Source: an uncultured Christensenella sp. (GTDB lineage: Bacteria; Bacillota; Clostridia; Christensenellales; UBA1242). From it: a stretch of DNA of 64,000 nt. The translations under genes were made by a program, and so were the position numbers. The stretch spans positions 15,247 through 79,246 of the forward strand of contig CASFQL010000021.1 of the NCBI GenBank assembly GCA_949296965.1, read 5' to 3'. The notes below the pieces were generated by a model, which was not told the origin of the DNA, did no database searches, and was given only the letters and a program-made list of their open reading frames with translations. Positions 1-9,448 of the stretch are shown piece by piece (the first letter of the stretch is position 1; each line of letters opens with the position of its first letter).

Positions 1-58
1 AGGTTTTATTCAAGTTCTAATCTTAAAAACAATTAATATTTCTAAACTAACTCAATAA

Positions 59-133
59 GCACCCATAGTGTAATGGATAACACAGCAGTCTTCGGAACTG
101 CTTATCTGGGTTCGAATCCTAGTGGGTGCACCA
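59..133 (+). tRNA. tRNA-Arg (anticodon UCG), CCA encoded
   Basis: Cloverleaf folds by eye. Acceptor GCACCCA/TGGGTGC, D stem GTGT/ACAC, anticodon stem GCAGT/ACTGC with loop CTTCGGA, T arm CTGGG-TTCGAAT-CCTAG, then discriminator A plus CCA. Confidence 0.93.
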
Positions 134-690
134 AGTTAAGGTGGAATAAATATTTATCTATTTTTTTGGAATTAAAAAGGTTAAACTTATTCTAAATATT
201 GACACCAATATCTAATAATTAAAATATTTTTTAAAAAAATAAAGGTAGTAATTAAAGTCTAAAAAACTTTTACTTTTACAAATTGTATAATTAAAACGAC
301 TTAAAATGTTTAATTTCAATATTTTTATTATAATTATTAACAATTTTTAAAAATATTTTGTTAAATTGATAAGTATTATATTTTTTTTAATAATTTTTGG
401 TCTATATTTTAACTTTTTAATTTCCAATTTAATAATTTTTAATAAGTGTTTTTTCTATATATTTTTTTTCTAATAATTACATTAATATTTACTTTTTTAG
501 TTAGTATTTATATTATTTAATATTTGAATTATTATTTGCAATAATAAACTTTTATCTAATTTAAAAAGTAAACTCCCTGCCACAAATATTTTATATTCAT
601 TTAAGTCTTAATATCTTGTTATGATTTGCTATTAAGTATAGTTGATTTTTTATTTACTACATACTATTTAAGAATTATAAATACAAGAAT

Positions 691-2481
691 TTAATTAACT
701 GTATAATATAAATAGAAAACATAACCTAGATATTTAAAACTTGCTTGTTTTTGACCTATGCTAGAAGTGTCAATTTTATTTATAAAATCCTGCGAGTTAA
801 TTATTTCTGTAAAGGAGTAGCCGTCTAAAATAAATTTTATAGTTATTGTATTATAATCTTTTTCTAAAATTAAATTGTTGCCATAGGCAATTTCACAACT
901 AATTATTTGGTCTAAATTTATGACAAAATAATTTACATCAATTACACTATTTTTATACATAATTTTAGCAACTTGCCACCCAGAGTTTGTTGTATTTATA
1001 TCAAGCACAATATCATCTTTTTTAACTTTATATAATAAATAACCTTCGTTTTCAAAATTGATCTTAATAATTTCATTTTCCAAACTAGAAGCATTATACA
1101 GAAAGATTTTTTTATTGCTAAGAACATTTCCGCTAGTTGTGTTTTGTTTAACAACAGTATATTTAACTGAAATTGTTTTAAATCTAAATCTTATTTTACC
1201 TACAAAAGTCCCGCACTCGTTTGTTGAAAAATCAAACAAATAATAATTACTATATTCTTTCCCTAATGCACTTTCAGTGTCAAAATAGTTTTCAAGTTTT
1301 GTCTTGTCGCTTTCTCCAACCAAATTAGTCCAACTAGCAAATATATTTTTATCACTTAAAGAACATTCTTCGCCCTGATTAAAAATTAAATCTTCTTCAT
1401 TAATACAAAAAGTATCTAAATCTGTTTTTACTGAATACGGAATATTTAGTTTAACCCCATTAACTTCAAAAACGACATATGAGTAAAAAATTGAGTTATC
1501 TATCAAACTTTCAGAAGTTATGTATTCTAAGTTATTTAAATCAACAGACTTAAAATTTGAGATATTTAAAGAAGTTAACTCAACAATCTCATCTTCAAAA
1601 TTATCGTCTTTATACTCAATTAGCACTTTTGCGTCATTGCCTTGAAAACTTTCTCCGTATTCATATTCACTTTTTATGTTTCCAATTAAAGACAAACTCT
1701 CAACTTCTTTTTTGTTAAAACTTGCATAGAGATAATTTATTTCTTTATCAAAATCATAATAATCAACTTCATTTTCTACTTTATTATTAAGTTCTTTATC
1801 ACTATACCAACCATTAAATTGATATCCCAAAATTTGTGGCTTATATAATTCTAACTTATTAAAATTATCAACAAATTCACTTTTTTCTTCAAACTGATTA
1901 TACAATTTTTCATCTTCACAAAAATAAATAATTGTCTTTGTATTAGTATCAAAATTTGTTTTCCATTTGGCAAACAAAGTAACTTCTTTTTGATTAATTT
2001 CGTTTAAATATTGAATGCTAAATTTTTCTTCGAAAGTCAAGTCATCAAAATACCAACCTGCAAAAGTATATCCCTCTTTTTGTGGGAGTGGCAAATCAAT
2101 AAGAGAAGATGTAATTGTAATGTTTTCGCATTTAGAACCACCTTTACTATCAAAAATTAAAGTCGAGGCACATATCCACTTTGCATAAACGACAATCTTA
2201 GAATTATCAAAATTATTGTCCAATAAATACTTTAAATTAAAAGGAATTGTAAATGTTTCATTATCTAAATACCACCCAAGAAATATATAATTTTCTTTTT
2301 TAGGTTGTTTAGGAAAAACAATACTATCTCCGTATTTAATCGTTATAGCCTTAGTATCTCTACCATCTAAGGCGTCAAAATAGACAGTCAAACTCTCATT
2401 GTTTTGATTTGAAACACCAAACATAAATATGACCGCTAAAAATAAAACTATAAATAATGTAAAGACTATCTTTTTTCGCAT
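691..2481 (-). CDS. Membrane-anchored or secreted surface protein with Listeria-Bacteroides type (Flg_new / InlB B-like) repeats
   Basis: 596-aa ORF with an N-terminal hydrophobic anchor (KIVFTLFIVLFLAVIFMF). It has repeated modules ending GY.F.GWY.D...F...(Y/F)AKW (FLGWYLDNETF..VVYAKW, FAGWYFDDLTF..TLFAKW, FNGWYSDKEL). Confidence 0.8.
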   Translation of the reverse strand: MRKKIVFTLFIVLFLAVIFMFGVSNQNNESLTVYFDALDGRDTKAITIKYGDSIVFPKQPKKENYIFLGWYLDNETFTIPFNLKYLLDNNFDNSKIVVYAKWICASTLIFDSKGGSKCENITITSSLIDLPLPQKEGYTFAGWYFDDLTFEEKFSIQYLNEINQKEVTLFAKWKTNFDTNTKTIIYFCEDEKLYNQFEEKSEFVDNFNKLELYKPQILGYQFNGWYSDKELNNKVENEVDYYDFDKEINYLYASFNKKEVESLSLIGNIKSEYEYGESFQGNDAKVLIEYKDDNFEDEIVELTSLNISNFKSVDLNNLEYITSESLIDNSIFYSYVVFEVNGVKLNIPYSVKTDLDTFCINEEDLIFNQGEECSLSDKNIFASWTNLVGESDKTKLENYFDTESALGKEYSNYYLFDFSTNECGTFVGKIRFRFKTISVKYTVVKQNTTSGNVLSNKKIFLYNASSLENEIIKINFENEGYLLYKVKKDDIVLDINTTNSGWQVAKIMYKNSVIDVNYFVINLDQIISCEIAYGNNLILEKDYNTITIKFILDGYSFTEIINSQDFINKIDTSSIGQKQASFKYLGYVFYLYYTVN

Positions 2482-2630
2482 AATTTTACCAAGTAAGAAT
2501 TATACTTAATATTACTTTTTTAGTCAATTTTTTACATAAAATTACTTTTAAATACATAAAAAAAGATATTATAAAACTATGCCTAAAAGACACTTTCTAC
2601 AATATCCTTTTTAATTTCTAAAACGAAAAA

Positions 2631-5255
2631 TCAGTCTTTGCAAAATTTTGCCATAATTGGCTTTGATATTTCTATCAAAATAAAACCTAAGATATTTACA
2701 CCAAGAACTGCTAAAAATTGTAAAGGAGTTATACTAACAAGCCCAAACAAAACTCCAACAGGGGTAAAAAATACCAAAACTTGAACAACAAACAACACTA
2801 AAACAACTATATTAATAACTTTATTTCCAAAAATTCCTTTACTAAAAACAAAATCTTTTAACTCTTTACAATTATAAGTAAAAGTGAATTCACCAAATAC
2901 GACTGATAGTAGAGCAAGTGTTTGAGCAACTTCTAGTCCAAACATATTTTCACTTATAAAAAATACTCCTAGCGAAATAACCGCTTCAATTAAAGCAGAA
3001 ACAATAATTGACGAAACCATAAATGGCGTGAAGATTTTTCTATTAAGTCCGTATGGTTTTTGTTTCATACTATTTTTATTATCTTTTTCAAAAGCAAGAG
3101 CAATGGACGGCAATGTGTCTGCAACAATATCAATATACAGAATATGAAGTGGTAAGATAATGTTTTTAGATATAATCATTCCAAATATAATTAAAAATAT
3201 TTCAGCAAAGTTACTAGATAAATTATACAATATTGTCCTTAGGACATTGTGATAAATTCTTCTGCCTTCTTCAACGGCAGTAACTATTGTTGAGAAACTA
3301 TCGTCCATCAATATAATATCTGCAACACTTTTTGTAACATCAGTTCCACCCGCTCCCATTCCTATCCCGACATGTGCTAATTTAAGGGCTGGAGCATCAT
3401 TTACCCCATCTCCCGTCATAGCAACAACTTTACCACTATCTTGGAACGCTCTAACTATTCTAACTTTATGCTCAGGTGTAACACGGGCAAAAACTGTATA
3501 CTTTTTAACAAAACTAACTAATTCATCATCGCTTAAATTATTAATTTGCTTTCCTTCCACACCTTCGCTATCATTTTGCAAAATTCCAACTTCTCTTGCT
3601 ATTGATATGGCAGTTTGCAAACTATCTCCCGTTATCATAATTGGTTTCATCTTTGCTTCAATACATTTTTTTACAGCCTGTTTTACCCCATCTTTTGGAG
3701 GGTCAATCATTCCAACTAAACCAACTAAAACAAAATCATCTTCATCATTTGTTGAATAATTTTTCTTCTTCCCCACATCTTTATAGGCAAAGGCAAGCAC
3801 TTTGTAAGACTTCTTACTCATATAACTATCTTTTTGAATAAACTTTTTCTTAACAGCCTTACTTAAAGGATATTCTTTCCCGTCCTTATAAAACTTATTT
3901 GACCTAGATAAAATTTCCCCCAAACTTCCCTTTGTGAACATTAAATGTTTGTCTTCATATTCATTTACTACACTCATCATCTTTCTAGTTGAGTCAAAGG
4001 GCACTTCACCTATTCTTTTATAGTTTTCTCGTGCTGTGTTTAAATTAATATCCAAATTGTTTAAATATTTACTAAGTGCAATCTCAACAGGGTCGCCTAT
4101 AAATTCACCTTTATGCTTTATATCTATTTGAGTGTCATTACAAAGAGCAAAAATATCATTTAATAATTTTAATTCCTTATGCTTTATTTTGACATCTAAA
4201 TAATTTTTCAAATTTGAAAAAATCTCAACAACAGTCATCTCGTTAGTCGTTATCGTCCCTGTTTTATCTGTGCATATTATTTGCGTCGCCCCAAGTGTTT
4301 CTATTGCTGAAAGTTGCTTTACAATCGTCTTTCTTTTTGACATTTGGTTTACACCTATGGTTAGAGTTGCGGTAATTGAAACAGGTAGAACTTCTGGGAC
4401 TGATGCTAATACCATAGAAATACACAACATAATTATTGAAATGGCATCTAACTTTTTTATTAAGCCATAACACAAAGTCAGTGCAATTAATATACAAGCA
4501 ATAAAAGTTATAAAACTGCTAACTTTTTTTACTTTTACTTGAAGTGGTGTTAAAGTTTCTTCTTTTCTATCTAAACTACTTGCTATTGCTCCTATTTCTG
4601 TCTGCATTCCCGTTGAAACTACGACGGCTTCTATCCTACCATTTGAAATGCTAGTCCCACTAAAAACCATATTCACTCTATCTTGTAGTAATACTTCTTT
4701 TTTTATCTCCTGCGATTGCTTGCTAACTGCTAGACTCTCTCCCGTCAAAATAGACTCGTCCACACTTGCATTTACACAACTTATTATCCTAGCATCTGCT
4801 GGCACCTTATCTCCCGCATCAAGTTGAATTATATCCCCAACTACAATTTGACTTGCGTCAATTTCAAGCCACGCACCATCTCTTTTTACTTGAACTTTTG
4901 ACTCGGTTAAATCTTTTAGTGCATCAATAGCATTTTCGGCTTTCATCTCTTGAACAAAGCCCATAAATGCATTAACTAAAACACACCCAAATACAACAAT
5001 AGACTCTATTAAACTTTCGTTTGTAGAAATTGAATAAAATAATGATACAAAACCTACTAAAATCAAAAGTAAAATCATCATATTTGCAAATTGACTAAAA
5101 AATATGACAATAGGTTTTCTTTTTGATTTCTCTTTTAGAATATTCTTTCCATCTCTTAAAAGTCTTTCTTCTGCTTCTTTTGTAGAAAGACCTTCCAAAG
5201 AAGAATTAACATTTTTTAATACTTCAGGTATTGAATTTTGATAATATTTTTTCAT
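2631..5255 (-). CDS. P-type cation-transporting ATPase, Ca2+ (SERCA/PMCA-like P2) family
   Basis: Carries CTDKTGTITTN phosphorylation motif, LTGES actuator motif, MTGDGVNDAPALK hinge and multiple TM segments. The ORF track starts at 5276, but the ATG at 5255 follows AGGAG and is preferred. The gene ends in TGA. Confidence 0.93.
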   Translation of the reverse strand: MKKYYQNSIPEVLKNVNSSLEGLSTKEAEERLLRDGKNILKEKSKRKPIVIFFSQFANMMILLLILVGFVSLFYSISTNESLIESIVVFGCVLVNAFMGFVQEMKAENAIDALKDLTESKVQVKRDGAWLEIDASQIVVGDIIQLDAGDKVPADARIISCVNASVDESILTGESLAVSKQSQEIKKEVLLQDRVNMVFSGTSISNGRIEAVVVSTGMQTEIGAIASSLDRKEETLTPLQVKVKKVSSFITFIACILIALTLCYGLIKKLDAISIIMLCISMVLASVPEVLPVSITATLTIGVNQMSKRKTIVKQLSAIETLGATQIICTDKTGTITTNEMTVVEIFSNLKNYLDVKIKHKELKLLNDIFALCNDTQIDIKHKGEFIGDPVEIALSKYLNNLDINLNTARENYKRIGEVPFDSTRKMMSVVNEYEDKHLMFTKGSLGEILSRSNKFYKDGKEYPLSKAVKKKFIQKDSYMSKKSYKVLAFAYKDVGKKKNYSTNDEDDFVLVGLVGMIDPPKDGVKQAVKKCIEAKMKPIMITGDSLQTAISIAREVGILQNDSEGVEGKQINNLSDDELVSFVKKYTVFARVTPEHKVRIVRAFQDSGKVVAMTGDGVNDAPALKLAHVGIGMGAGGTDVTKSVADIILMDDSFSTIVTAVEEGRRIYHNVLRTILYNLSSNFAEIFLIIFGMIISKNIILPLHILYIDIVADTLPSIALAFEKDNKNSMKQKPYGLNRKIFTPFMVSSIIVSALIEAVISLGVFFISENMFGLEVAQTLALLSVVFGEFTFTYNCKELKDFVFSKGIFGNKVINIVVLVLFVVQVLVFFTPVGVLFGLVSITPLQFLAVLGVNILGFILIEISKPIMAKFCKD

Positions 5256-5347
5256 AATACTCCTATTTTTTTTCATACTAACATATTTAACATAAACTTG
5301 TAAAATGTTATCAAATGTTTTATTTTTACTACAACTAAACTATATAC

Positions 5348-5443
5348 GGGGCTTTGTGCCAAAAGTGAAACTTTTGTGCGAAATTTTAACTTGTTAAAAT
5401 TTCGCAGTAAAAATTTTATAAAATTTTTACTGCACAAAGCCCC
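5348..5443 (+). repeat. Four-way-junction intergenic repeat, copy A (forward)
   Basis: Closing stem GGGGCTTTGTGC/GCACAAAGCCCC encloses three hairpins: CAAAAGT-gaa-ACTTTTG, TGCGAAATTTTAA-cttg-TTAAAATTTCGCA, and GTAAAAATTT-tata-AAATTTTTAC. It lies between the divergent ATPase and acnX starts. Confidence 0.9.
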
Positions 5444-5625
5444 CTTTACTAGCATAGGTAAACTTAAAAAAATAATTATATTACTCTTACTATTTTTATT
5501 TTAAACATTAGAATTAAAACTAAATTATTAATTTAAAAAGTTTAATAAAAAGTATTTGTAAAAATTTGTTAAAACAAATAAAAAGTGTTAAAATTAATCA
5601 ATACAATAAATTAAAAGGGGAAAAA

Positions 5626-6903
5626 ATGAAACTAACACCAGAAGAAAAAAGAATACTTGATGGGAAAGAAGGTGAAGTAAAGGCTAAAATTTTAAGAACG
5701 CTAGTTGAATTTGGCGATGTTTTTGGAGCTGAAAAACTTGTAAAAATAACACACGAAGGACATCTTGTTACTTCTTTTGGAATTGGACTAATTAAACCAC
5801 TATTTAGAATTATGGACGAAATTATTGATGCAGGAATAAAATCAAGCGTTCCCTTTACTGTTGACCCAAGGCCTATTGATTATGAAAATGTTAAATGTAA
5901 TTTACTTAATAAATTAGTATTTAGCAAAATTATGTATAGTCAACAAAAGAGATACGAAGAACAACTATCAAAAATAGGACTAAAAGATAGCAATTCTTTT
6001 ACTTGCACTTGCTATCAAGATGAAGTTGGAAATCAACCAAAATACAAAGATATTTTATCTTGGGCAGAAAGTTCTGCGGTTGTATATGCAAATTCAGTTA
6101 TAGGAGCAAGGTGCAATAGAAATAGCGGAATGTTAGATTTATTTGGCTGTATTATTGGCAAAGTTCCATATTTTGGTCTTCTTACTGATGAAGGAAGAAA
6201 GGCAACTTGGGTGATAGAAATAAAAACAACTAAAAAACCTTTACCTCAAATTTTAGGCAGTGCAATAGGGTTAAAAGTTATGGAAGATGTTCCTTACATA
6301 ATTGGACTTGATAAATTTATTGGTGATAAACTTGATGATGAAACAAAAAGTTACTTAAAAGATTTCGGGGCGGCTGCCGCATCAAATGGAGCAATTGGGC
6401 TATATCATATTGACAACTTAACCCCTGAGGCAAAAAAACTTGGTAAGAAATTAATAAAAGAAGGGGCAAAAAAATATGTAATTGACGACAAAGAACTAGA
6501 AAAAGTTTACAATAGTTACCCTATTTTGTGGAAAAATAAAGATGCTAAACCTGAACTTTGTTTTATAGGTTGTCCACATTTAAGTTACAATCAATTGTTA
6601 ACTTGGTCTAAAAATATTGTTAATGGTTTAAAAGACAATAACAGAAAAAAGGTGGCATTAAGAACAATTTTAACAACTAGTCCACAAGTTAAAAATAAAT
6701 TTATTCAAACCCAAGAATATAAAGATTTGATAAAGACAGGAGCAAAAGTTTCTTCAATTTGTCCTCTTATGTATACTAACAATCCAATCGCCGGTAAAAA
6801 GCCAATAGTAACTTGCTCAAACAAACTGAGAACGTATTCTTCTTCAAGATATTATAAAGACGATGATTTATTAAAAATTATCTGCAAAAAGGAGGTAAAG
6901 TAA
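5626..6903 (+). CDS. Aconitase X (AcnX) large catalytic subunit, DUF521 family
   Basis: N-terminus MKLTPEEKRILDGKEGEVKAKILRTLVEFGDVFGAEKLVKITH is typical of DUF521/AcnX. The ATG at 5626 is preceded by AAAGGGGA (the ORF track start at 5566 is less likely). It is followed 1 nt later by the DUF126 partner. Confidence 0.85.
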   Translation: MKLTPEEKRILDGKEGEVKAKILRTLVEFGDVFGAEKLVKITHEGHLVTSFGIGLIKPLFRIMDEIIDAGIKSSVPFTVDPRPIDYENVKCNLLNKLVFSKIMYSQQKRYEEQLSKIGLKDSNSFTCTCYQDEVGNQPKYKDILSWAESSAVVYANSVIGARCNRNSGMLDLFGCIIGKVPYFGLLTDEGRKATWVIEIKTTKKPLPQILGSAIGLKVMEDVPYIIGLDKFIGDKLDDETKSYLKDFGAAAASNGAIGLYHIDNLTPEAKKLGKKLIKEGAKKYVIDDKELEKVYNSYPILWKNKDAKPELCFIGCPHLSYNQLLTWSKNIVNGLKDNNRKKVALRTILTTSPQVKNKFIQTQEYKDLIKTGAKVSSICPLMYTNNPIAGKKPIVTCSNKLRTYSSSRYYKDDDLLKIICKKEVK

Positions 6904-6904
6904 T

Positions 6905-7366
6905 ATGGACGAGAAAAAAGTTTTAAAATTTAAAGGTAGAGTCATTGCCCCTGGTTCACTTGTAGGAGAAGCCATTGTTTCTAGACAAGGTGTAAATACT
7001 CTTGCTACTTTTCAAAAAAGCGCTTTAAAAAATGCTAAACAAGTGTATAGTTCTGACCAAAATAATCCAGATTTATATAAAAAGAATTTGACAGGAAAAA
7101 TTTTATGCTTACCTCAAACGATAGGTTCCACAACGGGCGGACTTGTTATCCAAACTATTTGCTCTATGGGAATTAATCCAAGTGCAATGTTATTTTCACA
7201 AGAAATTGACTCCCTTGCCTGCTCAGGTATTATTCTTGCTAGAAATTGGGAAAATAGTAAAATTATTGCAATAGACAAACTTGGTAGTAATTTTCTTAAA
7301 AAAGTCGATAGTGGAGATACTATTGAAATTATGGAAGATGGAACTATATTAGTTACTAAAAAATAA
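6905..7366 (+). CDS. Aconitase X small (swivel) subunit, DUF126 family
   Basis: 153-aa ORF, translationally coupled to the DUF521 gene. The GKILCLPQTIGSTTGGLVIQT and INPSAMLFSQEID segments match the DUF126 pattern (G.ILv.P...GSt.G; aP.AiI..e.d). Confidence 0.82.
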   Translation: MDEKKVLKFKGRVIAPGSLVGEAIVSRQGVNTLATFQKSALKNAKQVYSSDQNNPDLYKKNLTGKILCLPQTIGSTTGGLVIQTICSMGINPSAMLFSQEIDSLACSGIILARNWENSKIIAIDKLGSNFLKKVDSGDTIEIMEDGTILVTKK

Positions 7367-7460
7367 TTTTAATTAAACTAGTTAAGTTGTTTAGATAAAA
7401 TTGTTTTTATTCACATTTTAGAAATAATTGTGCATAACTCTAATTTTTATATTATAAAAA

Positions 7461-7600
7461 GCCATAGCAAGAAGAAAAATTTATCTTTATTCTTGTATGG
7501 CGACGACTAATCAACATTGTGTGCAAAAATGTTAATTTTTGAATAAGGTTTGCTAAAACTTTATAGTAAAAATTTAGTATAATTTTTTACAGCACATAAT
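7461..7600 (+). repeat. Four-way-junction repeat, copy B (diverged, with extra 5' hairpin and CGACGAC linker)
   Basis: An upstream hairpin GCCATAgCAAGAA...TTCTTGTATGGC (7461-7501) and CGACGAC precede the core at 7516-7600. The core has closing stem ATTGTGTGC/GCACATAAT (G7519-T7597 wobble) and hairpins AAAAAT-gtta-ATTTTT, ATAAGGTTT-gcta-AAACTTTAT and GTAAAAATT..AATTTTTTAC. Confidence 0.7.
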
Positions 7601-7616
7601 TTATATTTTAGGAATT

Positions 7617-7770
7617 TAAGGTAAAAGAGAAAATTTATTTTCATTTTTACTTAACGACGACAAATTCAAATTTTGTGCCAAAAGTGTTAACTTTTGAATT
7701 AAAATTTATCTTAGTTAAATTTTAATAGTTGTTATTTTGTTCTACAAAATTACAACAACACATAATTTAT
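7617..7770 (+). repeat. Four-way-junction repeat, copy C (diverged, with extra 5' hairpin and CGACGAC linker)
   Basis: This unit is a tandem partner of copy B with a period of about 156 bp. A hairpin at 7617-7653 and ACGACGAC precede the core at 7668-7770, which holds CAAAAGT-gtta-ACTTTTG, ATTAAAATTTA-tcttagt-TAAATTTTAAT and GTTGTTATTTTG..CAAAATTACAAC. The closing stem AAATTTTGTG/CACATAATTT has one mismatch. Confidence 0.62.
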
Positions 7771-7814
7771 ACCATATAAAAAATTAGAATATATTAATAA
7801 GTTATTTTAAATTT

Positions 7815-7917
7815 GGACTTTGTGCTAAAAGGGGAGGGCCCCTTTTTTAAGTGAAGTTTTAGAAAAATTCTAAAACTTCACGGTAAAATTTTATTAAAAT
7901 TTTACTGCACAAAGTCC
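7815..7917 (+). repeat. Four-way-junction repeat, copy D (forward; P2 replaced by a GC-rich terminator-like hairpin)
   Basis: Closing stem GGACTTTGTGC/GCACAAAGTCC. P2 is AAAAGGGG-aggg-CCCCTTTT followed by TT. P3 is GTGAAGTTTTAGAA..TTCTAAAACTTCAC and P4 is GTAAAATTTT-att-AAAATTTTAC. Confidence 0.9.
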
Positions 7918-8060
7918 TTTTTTATTTTATAGTTGTAATATATAAAACTTATTTTCTTAATCACACAAATTAAAGAGCAAAATAGGCTCATAAACTTCAA
8001 TTAAACTTAACAAACAAGATAATCATATAATGAATTAGATAAGATTCGTAGGAGTTAAGA

Positions 8061-9149
8061 ATGTGTAATAATTGCTATAATAATTGCATTTGTGAAAATA
8101 AAAACAATAAAAAAATTGTTGAAAAAATAATAAATGGTAGCGTTGGCCCAACAGGACCTACGGGCCCTAGGGGTGAAGATGGATTAATTGGAGCAACAGG
8201 TCCAACAGGGGCAACAGGTCCAAGGGGAGAAAATTTTGGACCAACTGGTTCAACGGGACCAACAGGAGCGACAGGACCCACTGGACCACAAGGAATTAAC
8301 GGCATTTCAGGTCCTACGGGACCAATCGGTCCAACGGGTGCAACAGGTGCTACGGGTGCAAGTGGTCTAATGGGTGCAACGGGAGCAACAGGGCCTACGG
8401 GACCTACGGGGGCAACAGGGCCAAGAGGAGCCAATGCAAATAGTGTATTTAATCCTTATTCAATTTTTGTAAGAAGTAATACTGTTGGAGGAAATGGAAC
8501 ACAATCTAATCCCTTTCCTTCAATAGAAGATGCTTTGAATGTTGTCACTAATAATGGAACAATTGAAGTTTATGATGGGACATATCCTGTTGATACAACT
8601 ATTCCACTTAATAAAAATAACATAACATTAAGGGCAAAACCAAACGCCGTAATCTTATTAACTTCAAGTACTCCTGCCTTGCTAGTCAGCGGAAACGGCA
8701 ATAAAATTGAAGGTTTTACTTTTACAAGTGACAATGCTTACCCCGTAGAATTTATTCAAGTTGCTGGTCAAAATCATGTTATTAGAAACAATAAGATTTA
8801 TGGACCTACTCAATCAGGTAGTTCTGACACTTGGATTACTAATAGAGGTATTGTTACACAAGGCAACGCAAGTGATATTTGGATAGATAGCAATATTCTC
8901 TATTCTTTAAGGCAAAGTGGATATTTTAATCCAAATTCAACAGGCTATGTAACAAGAAATACAACATTTAATACTAGGGGTTGGGTTGTAGATAATGCTT
9001 TGTTTGAATTTTCTGGCAATTCTTGGGGCGACCCAGAAAATGCTGTCGACATTGCGCTTTTAAGTGGAACAACTAGCGGAGTGCCTTATAGCAACATAAC
9101 AAACTTACAACAAGATAATAGCAATGCAAATATCTCAGACCAAAGATAA
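8061..9149 (+). CDS. Collagen-like triple-helix repeat protein (BclA-like) with Cys-rich N-terminus and C-terminal beta-helix-like domain
   Basis: 362-aa ORF with an AGGAG RBS. About 95 residues are G-X-Y repeats ([13 protein letters not shown]...GATGPRG), interrupted once at GENFGPTG. The N-terminus is [14 protein letters not shown]. The C-terminal region ([28 protein letters not shown]) resembles a right-handed beta-helix. Confidence 0.88.
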   Translation: MCNNCYNNCICENKNNKKIVEKIINGSVGPTGPTGPRGEDGLIGATGPTGATGPRGENFGPTGSTGPTGATGPTGPQGINGISGPTGPIGPTGATGATGASGLMGATGATGPTGPTGATGPRGANANSVFNPYSIFVRSNTVGGNGTQSNPFPSIEDALNVVTNNGTIEVYDGTYPVDTTIPLNKNNITLRAKPNAVILLTSSTPALLVSGNGNKIEGFTFTSDNAYPVEFIQVAGQNHVIRNNKIYGPTQSGSSDTWITNRGIVTQGNASDIWIDSNILYSLRQSGYFNPNSTGYVTRNTTFNTRGWVVDNALFEFSGNSWGDPENAVDIALLSGTTSGVPYSNITNLQQDNSNANISDQR

Positions 9150-9208
9150 AATACATTGACTAAAAAACAAAAAAATTAAAAATAATTTTGTGAGTAAATT
9201 AAATGATA

Positions 9209-9240
9209 AAAGGAATTTCAAAATAAGAAATTCCTTTTTA
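9209..9240 (+). terminator. Rho-independent terminator downstream of the collagen-like gene
   Basis: AAAGGAATTTC-aaaataa-GAAATTCCTTT followed by a T-run. Confidence 0.75.
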
Positions 9241-9448
9241 CATTTTTTTATAAATATTTTTATATATAATTTCTTTAATGTTGTAAATAAAATTTAAATA
9301 TATTAAGTTATTTTAAAAAATTGGACTACAAGTTTATAAAAACTTTTATAATCTAATTTAATTTATATTGCTTTTACTATTTCAAAAAAATTTATTTAAT
9401 TTAAAATATATTAATAATTTGTTAAACTCTAAACTAATTTTTTATTAA

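Noticed and set aside
5273-5455. 60-aa minus-strand ORF between the ATPase and acnX
   Set aside because: It is composed almost entirely of repeat copy A (5348-5443) and has no RBS. Equivalent frames are not conserved in the other copies.
8075-8434. 119-aa antisense ORF and 60-aa alternative-frame ORF (8188-8370) across the collagen repeat
   Set aside because: These are artefacts of the GGN-CCN-ACN triplet periodicity. The repeat keeps several frames open, and only the plus-strand frame with the G-X-Y repeats, an RBS and a globular C-terminal domain is credible.
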